64,000 nucleotides of DNA from assembly GCA_049323895.1 (NCBI GenBank), contig JBMOKT010000013.1, forward strand, positions 402,266 through 466,265, written 5' to 3'. Below the pieces are notes generated by a model. It had not been told where the DNA came from and did not search any database. It saw nothing but the letters and a program-made list of their open reading frames with translations. How positions within the stretch are numbered: position 1 is the first letter of the stretch; each line of letters starts with the position of its first letter. The position numbers and the translations under genes are program-made. Positions 29,740 to 40,143 of this stretch are shown piece by piece. Origin of the DNA: Bacillota bacterium (lineage in GTDB: Bacteria > Bacillota > Peptococcia > Peptococcales > BICA1-8).

Positions 29740-29761
29740 GGTTTATATCTCCTTTCTCACC

Positions 29762-30856
29762 CTAGGCATCAACTTCACCTAAAACAAAGTCAAAGCTAGC
29801 TAAAATAGCAACTATATCGGCAACCTTATGCCCAATGAACAATTCATCAAAAATAGAAATATTGTTAAATGATGGTCTCCTAAAATGAACCCTATATGGG
29901 TTAGTACTGCCATCACTCACAACATAACAGCCTAAAACACCCTTGGGGTTTTCTGAATGATGATATACATCTCCGGCAGGTGGTTTAATTATTTTAGGAA
30001 CCTTGGCCATTATGGGTCCTTGGGGAAGCTTATTATAAATCTGCTTAACTATTTTAAAGCTTTCTTCAACTTCCTTCATTCTTACCACATAACGGTCATA
30101 ACAATCCCCATTTTCACCAACAGGAACATCAAAATCCAGTTTATCATAAACACTATATGGATTTATTTTTCTGACGTCATGAGCTACACCGGACGCTCTT
30201 AAATTAGGACCGGTCAAACCATAGCTCATAGCTTTTTCAGGGGTAATAACGCCAACATTTTTAGTTCTAGCTTTAAAGATTTCATTGTCATCTACCAGTT
30301 GTCGATATGATTCTACAGCTTTTGGAAATTCATCAATAAATTTCTCCAGACCCGGCATAAAATCGTCATGAATTTCATGGGCCACTCCGCCAATGCGCAT
30401 ATAGTTAAAGGTCATACGTGCACCCGTCATATGACACATAAGGTCCAGTATTTTCTCCCGCTCAATAAAGGGGTAGAATACCGCAGTAATAGCCCCTAAG
30501 TCCATAATAAAGATACCAATACCAACCATATGACTGGCAATTCGCATCAACTCTGCTAAAAGCACCCTGATATACTGAGCTCTTTCAGGCACCTCAATGT
30601 TCATCAATTTTTCCACTGTTTGAACATATGCTAAGTTATTGCTGATGCCTGCCAGATAATCCAAACGGTCAGTGTATGGTATTACCTGTGGATAGGTCTT
30701 ACCCTCCATAAGCTTTTCAATTCCCCGGTGTAAATATCCCACATGGGTTTTACTTCCCACACAGGTTTCACCGTCTAACTCTAAGACTATACGCAGCACC
30801 CCGTGGGTACTAGGATGCTGAGGTCCAAAGTTAACTGTATACGTTTGAGTTTTCAC
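29762..30856 (-). CDS. nuoD: complex I subunit D (49 kDa)
   Basis: 364-aa ORF. NFGPQHPSTHGVLR motif. Confidence 0.95.
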   Translation of the reverse strand: MKTQTYTVNFGPQHPSTHGVLRIVLELDGETCVGSKTHVGYLHRGIEKLMEGKTYPQVIPYTDRLDYLAGISNNLAYVQTVEKLMNIEVPERAQYIRVLLAELMRIASHMVGIGIFIMDLGAITAVFYPFIEREKILDLMCHMTGARMTFNYMRIGGVAHEIHDDFMPGLEKFIDEFPKAVESYRQLVDDNEIFKARTKNVGVITPEKAMSYGLTGPNLRASGVAHDVRKINPYSVYDKLDFDVPVGENGDCYDRYVVRMKEVEESFKIVKQIYNKLPQGPIMAKVPKIIKPPAGDVYHHSENPKGVLGCYVVSDGSTNPYRVHFRRPSFNNISIFDELFIGHKVADIVAILASFDFVLGEVDA

Positions 30857-30880
30857 TGTTGTAACACCTCAACTCCCCTA

Positions 30881-31324
30881 TTACTTTCGGCCACTTTTGG
30901 AAACATAATCTTTTCTTAAAGGATGACCGTCAAATCCTTCCCAGGTTAATATTCTTTCAAGATTTGGATGGTTTAAAAATTTAATACCCATCAAATCATA
31001 TACTTCCCGTTCCATCCAGTCTGCTGTTGACCAAAGTTTAAAAACCGAGTCAACCTCAGGCTTGTCGTGTTCAAGTTTTACTTTCACCGATAAATGGTCG
31101 GAACTGTCAAAGCTGTAAAGTTGATAAGCCACTTCAAAATACTCTTTATAATCGGCACTTGAAATATCTGCTAAAAAAGTAAGGTCATTTTCTTGCAAAA
31201 ATTCCATTACTTCATAAAGGTTTTTTTTATCCACATATACTTTAGAATCTTCAATTTCATTAATTGTTACTGAACCTGCAAATTTAGAAAGCAACAATTC
31301 TTGATAATTTTTGTTATTTGCCAT
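30881..31324 (-). CDS. nuoC: complex I subunit C (30 kDa)
   Basis: 147-aa ORF. ...[18 protein letters not shown]... motif. Confidence 0.9.
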   Translation of the reverse strand: MANNKNYQELLLSKFAGSVTINEIEDSKVYVDKKNLYEVMEFLQENDLTFLADISSADYKEYFEVAYQLYSFDSSDHLSVKVKLEHDKPEVDSVFKLWSTADWMEREVYDLMGIKFLNHPNLERILTWEGFDGHPLRKDYVSKSGRK

Positions 31325-31835
31325 GTTTCTTCAACCTCACCTTCGCCGGAGAATTCAGCTTCTCTTTTAACTGAAGCATCCCATGAATAAGTGCTTCAGG
31401 ACGAGGGGGACATCCAGGAATGAATACATCAACTGGTACTATTTCATCAGCACCAGGCACCACAGCGTATGAATCTACAAAAGGACCTCCGCTGATTGCA
31501 CAGTTGCCCATGGCAATAACCCAACGGGGCTCTGCCATTTGGTGATATAATCTTTCAACTGAGGGCCGCATTTTCTCGGAAACTGTTCCAGCAACAATCA
31601 TAACATCTGCCTGCCGAGGAGAATTTCTGAAAACCTCATAACCAAATCTGGAAATATCAAACCTGGCCTGGGTGGTACAAATCATCTCGATAGCACAACA
31701 GGCTAATCCAAACTGAAACGGCCATAATGACCAGCCCCTTGCCCAATTCAAAACTTTGTCCAAGGATGTTAACAATATTCCTTTTGATTCTAGTTCTTCC
31801 TGAGACATTAATTCTTTTTCGTTGTCTATTGCCAT
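31314..31835 (-). CDS. nuoB: complex I subunit B (20 kDa, N2 cluster)
   Basis: 173-aa ORF. CCAIEM ... GCPPRPE motifs. Confidence 0.95.
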   Translation of the reverse strand: MAIDNEKELMSQEELESKGILLTSLDKVLNWARGWSLWPFQFGLACCAIEMICTTQARFDISRFGYEVFRNSPRQADVMIVAGTVSEKMRPSVERLYHQMAEPRWVIAMGNCAISGGPFVDSYAVVPGADEIVPVDVFIPGCPPRPEALIHGMLQLKEKLNSPAKVRLKKHGK

Positions 31836-32197
31836 TCTAATGCACCTTCCTTCCAGGCATACCAGAAACCTATAATTAAAATAGTTAAGAAAATAAACAT
31901 CTCAATAATAGCAAACAGTCCTAAGCTTTGAAACTTGACAGCCCAGGGGTATAAAAATATTGTTTCAATGTCAAAAACCAGGAAAACAAGAGCGTATAAA
32001 AAATAACTGGTTTTAAACTGAACCCAAGCGGTTCCTTCTGTCTTAATACCGCATTCATACGTTTCCAGCTTTTGGGGATACGGTCTATGGGGCTGCAATA
32101 ATCTGGATAAAACTATAGTAAAAGCGCCAAAGGCTGCAGCTCCTAGAAACAGTATGCCTACAATTGCGTATTCTACCAAACTCCTCCCTCCTTTCAT
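31826..32197 (-). CDS. nuoA: complex I subunit A
   Basis: 123-aa [16 protein letters not shown] motif. An alternative TTG start at 32179 sits right behind GGAGGGAGGAG. Confidence 0.85.
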   Translation of the reverse strand: MKGGRSLVEYAIVGILFLGAAAFGAFTIVLSRLLQPHRPYPQKLETYECGIKTEGTAWVQFKTSYFLYALVFLVFDIETIFLYPWAVKFQSLGLFAIIEMFIFLTILIIGFWYAWKEGALEWQ

Positions 32198-32239
32198 AGT
32201 TTGTTACTTTTTTCTCATTTGTTAACATAGTAAAACCTT

Positions 32240-33028
32240 TTAATTACTGCTTGCTATTAATTTAATAGGAGCATATGTTTTGCGGTGTATTGGGCATGCT
32301 CCTTTTTCCGCCAAGGCCACTAAATGCTGTTGGGTTCCATAGCCCTTGTTAAGGGCAAATTCATATCCTGGATATAAGGAATCATATATATCCATCAGCT
32401 TATCCCGATAGGTTTTAGCAATTATAGAGGCTGCTGCGATGGAAGCGCTGAGACCATCCCCCTTAACAATGCCGGATTGGGGTATATTCAACAAGGGATT
32501 CTCCATCCCATCCACCATAGCGTATTGGGGGGGAGTTTTTAGGGAATTTACAGCTAAAACCATTGCATAGCGAGTAGCCTCTAAAATATTTATTTTTTCT
32601 ATAGTGGTTGAATCAACAATTCCTATCGCCCAGGCAACTGCCTTATTTTTAATTTCTATAGCAATCTGGCTGCGTTTTTTTTCGGTAACCATTTTGGAAT
32701 CATTCAATCCCTCAATGAAGCAATAGGGGGGCAAAATAACAGCACCAGCAACTACAGGACCTGCTAACGGACCCCTCCCAGCTTCATCTACCCCTACAAC
32801 ATTTGTGTAACCAAGTTGGTAGAGGTTTTCTTCTAATTTCCATAGGTTTAGCAGTCTCTGTTCTTCTGCTGACTTTTTAGCCAGCTTTAACTGGTACTTT
32901 TCTACTATCTCTTTAATTGTCTTGCGCTCATCATCATATAAGCTTTTAATATATTCGATTTGTTCTTCCTCGGTCAAAGAATCAAGGTGTTTCCTGATTT
33001 TTTCAACCGTATCTTTCCCCGACATCAT
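32240..33028 (-). CDS. rnhB: ribonuclease HII
   Basis: 262-aa ORF. GVDEAGRGPLAGPVV catalytic motif. Confidence 0.9.
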   Translation of the reverse strand: MMSGKDTVEKIRKHLDSLTEEEQIEYIKSLYDDERKTIKEIVEKYQLKLAKKSAEEQRLLNLWKLEENLYQLGYTNVVGVDEAGRGPLAGPVVAGAVILPPYCFIEGLNDSKMVTEKKRSQIAIEIKNKAVAWAIGIVDSTTIEKINILEATRYAMVLAVNSLKTPPQYAMVDGMENPLLNIPQSGIVKGDGLSASIAAASIIAKTYRDKLMDIYDSLYPGYEFALNKGYGTQQHLVALAEKGACPIHRKTYAPIKLIASSN

Positions 33029-33226
33029 AAAAATCCCCTATATGCAAAAAAATAAATATCTTAACTCTAATTATTCTCTTTTTATCGGTAAAATCCTTCA
33101 AAATCAACACACTAAAGTAATAATTAAATTTATTTAATTTATAATAATGAAAATAATTCTTCTTACCAAGTGTATAAACCTGCCTAGTAGTAATTTACTA
33201 TTATATAAATATTTTATGAAAAATAT

Positions 33227-34084
33227 TTATGGCTTCTCTAAGCTGATTCTGCCAATTCTGCCTGCTCGGAAATCAGTAATAAACAAATTTGCTATTCTAG
33301 TATAGTCTATTTCTCTGCCGGGCAAAAGACAACCCCTATTAACAGCCATTTTTTCCATAATTTCCAGAGGCGTTGTGGCTAATTCTTCGTTTGTTAATTT
33401 ATATCTTTCCATTAACAGTACAGGATATTCATTTGTCAAAAATTCTATCAGCTTTAGTGATGCATCACCAAAATCAAAAACCTCATCACTTACGGCACCT
33501 GTTACTGCTAGACGGAATCCCACCAAAGGATCTTCAAACTTTGGCCATAGTATGCCCGGGGTGTCTAAAAGCTCCACTTCCTTTTCAATCCTGATCCATT
33601 GTTTGCCCCTGGTAATCCCAGGTTTATTCCCAGTTTTGGCAGCTTTTTTACCAACAATGCTGTTAATAAAGGTACTTTTCCCTACATTAGGTATCCCAAC
33701 CACCATACTTCGAATTACTTGATTTTTTATTCCCTTTAAAAGTCGCTTTTCCCTTTTTTCTTTGGTCAAAGAAAGAAGTGCTTCCTTTAAGGAAACTACA
33801 ACATTACCCCTTTGTATAGTGGAGTTTATTTTTAAGGCTTGATGATTTTCCTGCCTGTTGTAAAAATCAAGCCATTGACCAGTTACCTTATCATCAGCTA
33901 AATCTTCTTTATTAAGTATGATCACCCTTGGTTTAGAAGAAATTAATTCATCCAGCAAGGGGTTACGGCTGCTGTTGGGAATACGTCCATCAACTATCTC
34001 TATTACTACATCTATCAGCTTTAAATTTTCCTGAATTAATCGGCGGGTTTTTGCCATATGTCCCGGAAACCATTGGACTTGCAT
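33227..34084 (-). CDS. rbgA: ribosome biogenesis GTPase A (YlqF)
   Basis: 285-aa ORF. MQVQWFPGHMAK start. Circularly permuted GTPase motifs (NKEDL ... GIPNVGKST). Confidence 0.9.
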   Translation of the reverse strand: MQVQWFPGHMAKTRRLIQENLKLIDVVIEIVDGRIPNSSRNPLLDELISSKPRVIILNKEDLADDKVTGQWLDFYNRQENHQALKINSTIQRGNVVVSLKEALLSLTKEKREKRLLKGIKNQVIRSMVVGIPNVGKSTFINSIVGKKAAKTGNKPGITRGKQWIRIEKEVELLDTPGILWPKFEDPLVGFRLAVTGAVSDEVFDFGDASLKLIEFLTNEYPVLLMERYKLTNEELATTPLEIMEKMAVNRGCLLPGREIDYTRIANLFITDFRAGRIGRISLEKP

Positions 34085-34608
34085 TAATTTATTCTCCCCA
34101 TTCTATCCAAAGGCCAATAAATATATTGGGCTTTACCTATTAACAATTCTTCATCTACAAACCCCCACACCCTGCTGTCACTACTATTGTTTCTATTATC
34201 ACCCATCATAAAATATTTTTTTTCAGGAATTTCCATGGGTCCAAAATCCCCGATTTTCAAACCTTCTATTAGATAAGGTTCCTCAACAAGTATGTCATTT
34301 ATGTATAGCTTACTGTCGATTATTTGAATTTTTTCCCCAGGCAATCCAATCAATCTTTTAACATAGTCTTTTTTCGGTTCCAAAGGATATTTAAAGACAA
34401 CAACTTGACCCCTTTGTGGTTCACTAAACCAGTAAGAAAATCTTGTAACTACTATGCGATCATTAATCAAAAGGGTAGGCTCCATAGAACGAGATGGAAT
34501 CCAAAAAAATTGAAACAAAAAAGTTCTAATTAAAAGTGCCAATATAACAGCAATTACTATGGACTCAACAATCTCTTTGAAATTCAGTCCGTGGTTTTGT
34601 TGATTCAT
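34084..34608 (-). CDS. lepB: signal peptidase I
   Basis: 174-aa ORF. SRSMEPTL and GDNRNNSSDSR boxes. Confidence 0.9.
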   Translation of the reverse strand: MNQQNHGLNFKEIVESIVIAVILALLIRTFLFQFFWIPSRSMEPTLLINDRIVVTRFSYWFSEPQRGQVVVFKYPLEPKKDYVKRLIGLPGEKIQIIDSKLYINDILVEEPYLIEGLKIGDFGPMEIPEKKYFMMGDNRNNSSDSRVWGFVDEELLIGKAQYIYWPLDRMGRIN

Positions 34609-34721
34609 ACTACTACCTCCCGGCTCTGCTCCCTCATTTTAAAGTGAAATGCAAATTACACCCTTACTATTATAAACTTTTTATGTGAAACAGGAAACAT
34701 TAACCTGCTATTTTACTTTAA

Positions 34722-34754
34722 GCAAAAATAAAAAGGACTGATGATTATCAGTCC
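34722..34754 (-). terminator. intrinsic terminator after rplS
   Basis: Minus strand GGACUGAU-AAUC-AUCAGUCC followed by UUUUUAUUUUUGC. Confidence 0.75.
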
Positions 34755-34761
34755 AAAATTC

Positions 34762-35106
34762 CTATTTGCGCAGGTCCTTAATCCTTGCTGCCTTACCGGA
34801 TCTTTCTCTTAAGTAATATAATTTAGCCCTTCTTACACGACCTCTACGCAACACACTAATTTTGTCTACACGGGGAGAATGTAGTGGAAAACAACGTTCT
34901 ACTGCAACACCATAAGCTACACGGCGAACTGTAAAGGTTTCACTCAGTCCGGTGCCGCGGCGTTTGATTACTACACCTTCAAATGCCTGGATACGCTCTC
35001 TGTTTCCTTCTATAACTTTTACATCAATACGAACAGTATCACCAGGTTTGAAATCTGGAATATCCTTTTTAATTTGTTCTGCTTCAATAGTCCTAATAAT
35101 ATCCAC
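34762..35106 (-). CDS. rplS: 50S ribosomal protein L19
   Basis: 114-aa ORF with GTG start behind GGAAGGAGGG. Confidence 0.95.
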   Translation of the reverse strand: MDIIRTIEAEQIKKDIPDFKPGDTVRIDVKVIEGNRERIQAFEGVVIKRRGTGLSETFTVRRVAYGVAVERCFPLHSPRVDKISVLRRGRVRRAKLYYLRERSGKAARIKDLRK

Positions 35107-35243
35107 GGGGATTTCCCTCCTTCCTCTATAGACGTTCTTATCTTCTTCAATTTAAGGGTGACAACAATGTCACACTAATAAGACAGCGGACCGCCCGTAA
35201 TCAACACGTTGGCAATTATACCATAAATATTTGAAATACACAA
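35107..35243 (-). promoter_or_regulatory. rplS promoter and structured 5' leader (L19-leader-like)
   Basis: Minus strand TTGTGT-N17-(TGG)TATAAT, an extended -10 (35215-35243). A GC-rich structured leader of about 100 nt follows (GGGCGGUCCGCUGUC...GUGACAUUGUUGUCAC). Resemblance to the L19 leader comes from context only. Confidence 0.4.
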
Positions 35244-35246
35244 GGT

Positions 35247-35816
35247 CTACCACCACTGTTCTCCACACAGTCTGTCCAAAATAATTGCAACAGCACTCCT
35301 CACAGAAAGGTGGTTGTATTCACCCTTACCCAGGATAGGAAGCAAGCGGTAATCTGCCTGACCCATAACCTCTTTTGCCAGACCCCAGCCTGTACCAAAT
35401 AATAATAAATAGTTGGTTTCATCATTAGTATTAATTAGTTTCCTAATGGATGAATACTCCATGGAATTAGGGTACTTGCGGGCATCGGTAACAATAGTTT
35501 TTACTTGGCCTGCGCAGCTTTCTCTTATCTCGTTTATTACCTGAGGGATAGATTTTGTCAGTTTAACATTCTCTAGCGCTGCCTTACGATCAGGATTATA
35601 AGTTCCGCCATAGCCTACATGCCAATAATCTAATATTTCCTTGATAATGTCATGCTGAACCTGCTGGGGATGGACAAGGTAATACTTTTCAATTCCATAT
35701 GTAGCAGAGGTTCTGGCAATATCGTGAATATCCATATTTGTAATGGAGGTAGAGATTACTTCCATATTTTTATTGTATACAGGATAGTGAACTAAACATA
35801 TAAATAATTTTCCCAT
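35247..35816 (-). CDS. putative SAM-dependent RNA methyltransferase (COG4752-like) downstream of trmD
   Basis: 189-aa ORF. MGKLFICLVHYPVYNKN... resembles the conserved clostridial gene that follows trmD. Family assignment is from memory. Confidence 0.5.
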   Translation of the reverse strand: MGKLFICLVHYPVYNKNMEVISTSITNMDIHDIARTSATYGIEKYYLVHPQQVQHDIIKEILDYWHVGYGGTYNPDRKAALENVKLTKSIPQVINEIRESCAGQVKTIVTDARKYPNSMEYSSIRKLINTNDETNYLLLFGTGWGLAKEVMGQADYRLLPILGKGEYNHLSVRSAVAIILDRLCGEQWW

Positions 35817-36551
35817 TTAATCTTTTTCCTTTTTAATCTCAGAATACAAAATCTTATCCTCTTCATTCATGGTGAATTTTTGCAGCAAATCGGGTCTGCG
35901 TTCTAAAGTTCTCCTTAGTGATTCTTTTCTGCGCCATTTTCTAATATTTTCATGATTTCCAGACAATAAAACTTCAGGAACCTCCATACCTCTAAAGACC
36001 CTGGGTCTTGTATACTGTGGATACTCAATCAAACCCGAGTAAAATGAATCTTCTTCATAGGATTCACTTTCCTTAATAACCCCCGGTATTAACCTGGCTA
36101 CAGCATCAATTATGACCATGGCCGGCAGTTCTCCGCCTGTTAAAACATAATCACCAATAGAATATTCCTTGGTGACAAAACTGCGTATTCTCTCGTCAAA
36201 ACCCTCATAATGTCCACATATGAAAGCAAGCTTTTCTTTTTGAGCTAATTCCTTGGCCATTTCTTGGGAAAACCTTTCCCCCTGGGGAGACATTAAAATA
36301 ACTTCCTGATGCAAATCACTAAGATTTAAGTTATCCTCCAAAGCCAGGACAATAGGCTCAGGCTTTAAAACCATACCAGCTCCGCCGCCAAAAGGGTAGT
36401 CGTCTACAGTATTATGCTTGTTATGTGCATAATCCCGGAAGTTGATGAGTTCAATATCCAACAGACCTTTTTTACGTGCTTTCGCCAAGATGCTGGCATC
36501 AAAGGGACTTGTAAACATTTCCGGAAAAATTGTAAAAATTTTTATTTCCAT
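35817..36551 (-). CDS. trmD: tRNA (guanine37-N1)-methyltransferase
   Basis: 244-aa ORF with typical TrmD sequence (..DDYPFGGGAGMVLKPEP.., ..VLTGGELPAMV..). Confidence 0.95.
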   Translation of the reverse strand: MEIKIFTIFPEMFTSPFDASILAKARKKGLLDIELINFRDYAHNKHNTVDDYPFGGGAGMVLKPEPIVLALEDNLNLSDLHQEVILMSPQGERFSQEMAKELAQKEKLAFICGHYEGFDERIRSFVTKEYSIGDYVLTGGELPAMVIIDAVARLIPGVIKESESYEEDSFYSGLIEYPQYTRPRVFRGMEVPEVLLSGNHENIRKWRRKESLRRTLERRPDLLQKFTMNEEDKILYSEIKKEKD

Positions 36552-36563
36552 GTTATCTCCCTT

Positions 36564-37076
36564 TCAATCAATTAAACCTTCAGGAAGGTTAACAGAAATA
36601 ATCCTATTTTCTATATCAATGTCCTTGACGATTTCTTTAAGGGCCGGTATTAATATTTCTTTTTCCGTTCCCTTTTGTACAATATAAACATCATTGCTTC
36701 CTGTTTGGATGATGTCTTTTACTTGACCAAGGTAAGTATCCCCCTCATGAACATCCATGCCTATTATTTGAAAGATATAATAGTGACCTTCCGGCAATTT
36801 CAACAATTGCTCTTCAGTAATGCATATGTATATATTACGGAGTCTTTCTGCTGAGGTCATATCTATGACCTCTTTAAATTTTACTATTAATCCTTCTTGA
36901 TGAAATCTAACTTGTTCCAAATAAGCCTTTTCATAACCCCGGGGCATTTGTAAAAAGACATATTCCAGTTTTTTAAATCTTTTAGGGTCATCGGTCAGAG
37001 GTAATACCTTTACCTCTCCCTTATACCCATGGGTAGTTGTTATTTGTCCGATTTTAATCATTAGCACCAGCTCCAC
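36564..37076 (-). CDS. rimM: 16S rRNA processing protein RimM
   Basis: 170-aa ORF. The start may be ATG 37061 (MIKIGQITTTHGYKGEVKV). Confidence 0.9.
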   Translation of the reverse strand: MELVLMIKIGQITTTHGYKGEVKVLPLTDDPKRFKKLEYVFLQMPRGYEKAYLEQVRFHQEGLIVKFKEVIDMTSAERLRNIYICITEEQLLKLPEGHYYIFQIIGMDVHEGDTYLGQVKDIIQTGSNDVYIVQKGTEKEILIPALKEIVKDIDIENRIISVNLPEGLID

Positions 37077-37097
37077 TAGGATTAAGTAAATATATTT

Positions 37098-37505
37098 TTA
37101 ACTCCTAATCTCTATTAGGATACCATCCTTAAGAACAATTTCCGCTTTGCTGAGGGTGTTGAAGTTGTCCCCTAGCTTTAATTCCACAGGTCCATCAATA
37201 GTACCTTGTACTACTTCTTCGTTCAAATTAATTTTACTGATTACTTTTAATTTTTCAAGAAGCTGCTGCTTATATGTATTTAGTTTCTCCCTTTCAACCT
37301 CTATTTGCTGCTTTATCTGGTTAATTTGAGGATGACCCTTTAAAGTTAATTCAGTTATGCTTTTTTTAGTCTGTTTATCAAAGTTTTCTATGTCTGTCTC
37401 AACCTTTTTCAATGCATCTTGTATTTCTGCCGCTGCTTTTATCTTGAAGTTTTCTGTTACTACTTGCTTAATTACGATAGTTCTCATAATTTTAATATTT
37501 TCCAT
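37098..37505 (-). CDS. ylqD: YlqD family protein
   Basis: 135-aa ORF in the canonical slot between the KH-protein gene and rimM. Confidence 0.7.
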   Translation of the reverse strand: MENIKIMRTIVIKQVVTENFKIKAAAEIQDALKKVETDIENFDKQTKKSITELTLKGHPQINQIKQQIEVEREKLNTYKQQLLEKLKVISKINLNEEVVQGTIDGPVELKLGDNFNTLSKAEIVLKDGILIEIRS

Positions 37506-37554
37506 AGGGGATATATTCTCCCTTCGACCTTAAAATGTTATAAAATGCGTGTAA

Positions 37555-37580
37555 AATAGGGGCTATAATTAGCCCCTATT
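37555..37580 (-). terminator. hairpin/partial terminator after the KH-protein gene
   Basis: Minus strand AAUAGGGGCU-AAUUAU-AGCCCCUAUU followed by UUACACGCAUUUU. Confidence 0.5.
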
Positions 37581-37582
37581 TT

Positions 37583-37813
37583 CTACTGTAAAATCTCTAC
37601 TACAACTTTTTTTCCTTCCTTCGCTGCAGCAGCTTTTACAACTGTCCGGACCGCTTTAGCAATCCTTCCTTGTTTCCCAATTACTTTTCCCATATCTTCA
37701 GGGGCAACTGTAAGCTCCAAAATGACAGAACGTTCACCTTCAACCTCTTTCACACTTACCTGGTCAGGGTTATCGACCAAGGACTTAGCTAAAAATTCAA
37801 CTAACTCCCGCAC
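37583..37813 (-). CDS. khpA: KH-domain RNA-binding protein (YlqC/KhpA)
   Basis: 76-aa ORF. ...[15 protein letters not shown]... KH motif. Confidence 0.9.
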   Translation of the reverse strand: MRELVEFLAKSLVDNPDQVSVKEVEGERSVILELTVAPEDMGKVIGKQGRIAKAVRTVVKAAAAKEGKKVVVEILQ

Positions 37814-37831
37814 TATAATACCCCCTATGTT

Positions 37832-38077
37832 CTATTTAACAATACCCGCTTTTTTAAATAAAGATTTAACAGTGTCTGAAGGCTGGGCACCGGTTTGAAT
37901 CCACTTAGCCGCTTTTTCTGCATCAATTTCAATAATAGCTGGTTCTTTAGTCGGATTGTAAGTACCTATTTCATCAACAAAACGTCCATCCCTAGGAGAA
38001 CGGGAGTCAGCTACTACTATCCTGTAAAAAGGATTTTTCTTAGCACCCATTCTTTTAAGTCTAATCTTTGTTGCCAT
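37832..38077 (-). CDS. rpsP: 30S ribosomal protein S16
   Basis: 81-aa [29 protein letters not shown]. Confidence 0.95.
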   Translation of the reverse strand: MATKIRLKRMGAKKNPFYRIVVADSRSPRDGRFVDEIGTYNPTKEPAIIEIDAEKAAKWIQTGAQPSDTVKSLFKKAGIVK

Positions 38078-38108
38078 TTATATCTCACCTCCAATCGGAA
38101 TTTTTATA

Positions 38109-39449
38109 TTACATAAACGGTAATTTGAATTTACCCTTTTTGCCTTTGCCTGTTGCCATGCTGGAAATCTGTTTCATCATTTTCTGGGCTTGTTCAAACT
38201 GCCTTAACAGCCTGTTTACATCCTGCACCCTGGTACCGCTGCCTGCGGCTATCCTTTTTCTGCGGCTCCCGTTTATCTTCTGGGGATTTTTCCTTTCATC
38301 CTTTGTCATGGATTGAATAATGGCCTGAAATCTTACAAATTCCCTTTCATCCAGTTCCACACCCTTAAGTTTAGCCTTATTCATTCCTGGCATCATATCC
38401 ATCAACTGGTCTAAAGGACCCATATTTTTCATTTGCTGCATTTGGCTGAGAAAGTCCTCTAAAGTAAATTCAGCCTTTAGAAGCTTTTGCTGCATCTCCT
38501 GAGCTTTTTTGGCATCGAAGTTTTCCTGGGCTTTTTCAATAAGGGTTAAAACATCACCCATACCCAATATACGGGAAGCCATCCTCTCAGGGTGGAAGGG
38601 TTCCAAAGCATCAAGTTTCTCACCCATACCTACAAATTTAATAGGCTTTCCTGTAACCTTCTTTACTGAAAGTGCAGCTCCACCCCGGGTATCGCCATCT
38701 AGTTTAGTAAGCACAACACCGGTTAATTCCAACAGTTCATTAAATTTCTCGGCTACATTAACTGCATCCTGACCGGTCATGGCATCTACAACAAGGAGTA
38801 TCTCCGTTGGTTTAACTTCTTTTTTTATTTTGGTCAGCTCATCCATTAAGGCATCATCAATGTGCAATCTACCGGCAGTATCCAGAAGGACAATATCATT
38901 ACCATGATATGCGGCATGACTGACTGCACCTTTGGCAATATCAACAGGATTAGTTTTGTCACCCATACTAAAAACAGGAATTTCCAATTGCTGACCTAAG
39001 ACCTGCAGCTGCTTGATCGCAGCGGGACGGTAGATATCACATGCGGCAAGCAGAGGTCGACGACCCTGCTTCTTTAGGTATCTGCCTAATTTACCCGTTG
39101 AAGTAGTCTTCCCCGAGCCCTGTAAACCAACCATCATAACTACAGTGGGAGGTTTAGGTGATATCTCCAACTTACTTTGTGCTCCCCCCATGAGCCTTGT
39201 TAGTTCATCATTAACAATTTTGATTACCTGCTGCCCAGGGGTAAGGCTCTCTAAAACTTCCTGCCCTAAAGCCCGTTCATTGACACTATTTATAAAGTCC
39301 TTTACTACTTTGTAGTTAACATCGGCTTCCAACAATGCAACCCGGACTTCTCTTAAAGCATCTTTTAAATCTTTTTCTGAAATCTTGCCTTGACCTTTTA
39401 ACTTCTTAAAAATACCCTGCAGTTTTTCACCTAAGCTTTCAAAGGCCAC
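38109..39449 (-). CDS. ffh: signal recognition particle protein Ffh
   Basis: ORF track 38109..39497. Start moved to GTG 39449 (VAFESLGEKLQ...) behind GGGAGG. GxxGxGKT and M-domain are present. Confidence 0.95.
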   Translation of the reverse strand: MAFESLGEKLQGIFKKLKGQGKISEKDLKDALREVRVALLEADVNYKVVKDFINSVNERALGQEVLESLTPGQQVIKIVNDELTRLMGGAQSKLEISPKPPTVVMMVGLQGSGKTTSTGKLGRYLKKQGRRPLLAACDIYRPAAIKQLQVLGQQLEIPVFSMGDKTNPVDIAKGAVSHAAYHGNDIVLLDTAGRLHIDDALMDELTKIKKEVKPTEILLVVDAMTGQDAVNVAEKFNELLELTGVVLTKLDGDTRGGAALSVKKVTGKPIKFVGMGEKLDALEPFHPERMASRILGMGDVLTLIEKAQENFDAKKAQEMQQKLLKAEFTLEDFLSQMQQMKNMGPLDQLMDMMPGMNKAKLKGVELDEREFVRFQAIIQSMTKDERKNPQKINGSRRKRIAAGSGTRVQDVNRLLRQFEQAQKMMKQISSMATGKGKKGKFKLPFM

Positions 39450-39533
39450 AATAAAACCTCCCTGAAATACATGACTATAGGTCTCATTTTTTACCACAAA
39501 TAAATAATAGTCAATCTATCAAAAAATGTCAGA

Positions 39534-39875
39534 TTATATTTCCTCAATGGTTTCTCTAATTATCCTTTTTAGCTTTAGACTACTTATGTTTTCATCAGTT
39601 GCCTGTTCCAAAATTAACAATGCCTCTTGGAGCCTGTCTTTTGTTTTTAAAAATTTATCCACTAGTAATAACTTTTTTTCATATCCCTCTAAAATACTTT
39701 CTGTTCTTTTAACAACATCATAGATAGCCTGCCTGGATACATTCTGCTCCTGAGCAATTTCACCCAGTGACAAGTCGTATTGGTAATATAAATCAAAGAT
39801 TAGTTTTTGTTTTTCTGTCAGCAGACCGCCATAAAAATCAAATAATAATATTAGATAATCCCTTTTTTCTAACAA
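39534..39875 (-). CDS. ylxM: YlxM (UPF0122) putative DNA-binding protein
   Basis: 113-aa ORF with TTG start behind GGGTGGG. Sigma-70 region-4-like HTH ([19 protein letters not shown]). Confidence 0.85.
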   Translation of the reverse strand: MLEKRDYLILLFDFYGGLLTEKQKLIFDLYYQYDLSLGEIAQEQNVSRQAIYDVVKRTESILEGYEKKLLLVDKFLKTKDRLQEALLILEQATDENISSLKLKRIIRETIEEI

Positions 39876-39891
39876 TTAACCCACCCTAAAT

Positions 39892-39985
<94 letters not shown>

Positions 39986-40042
39986 CACATTATAAGCTGT
40001 TCGCTAATACGTGTAAAGTATTTACGCTTAACATCACAAATA

Positions 40043-40071
40043 ATAATACCCTGTTACTTCGTTATTGTCAA
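40043..40071 (-). promoter_or_regulatory. sigma-A promoter of the ylxM-ffh operon
   Basis: Minus strand TTGACA-N17-TATTAT. Confidence 0.6.
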
Positions 40072-40103
40072 GGAAAAACACTTAACATAAATTCATAAAT
40101 ATG

Positions 40104-40135
40104 AAAAAGGAACAACACGATGGTCATTCCTTTTT
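40104..40135 (-). terminator. intrinsic terminator after the nitroreductase-like gene
   Basis: Minus strand AAAAAGGAAU-loop-GUUCCUUUUU, then CAUAUUUAUG. Confidence 0.55.
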
Positions 40136-40143
40136 AACCCTCT

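Noticed and set aside
22606-32197. nuoEFG hidden as unannotated ORFs within the nuo operon
   Set aside because: The intergenic gaps are all under 45 nt and the nuoD-nuoH gap is 22 nt. No unassigned ORF of suitable size exists on either strand.
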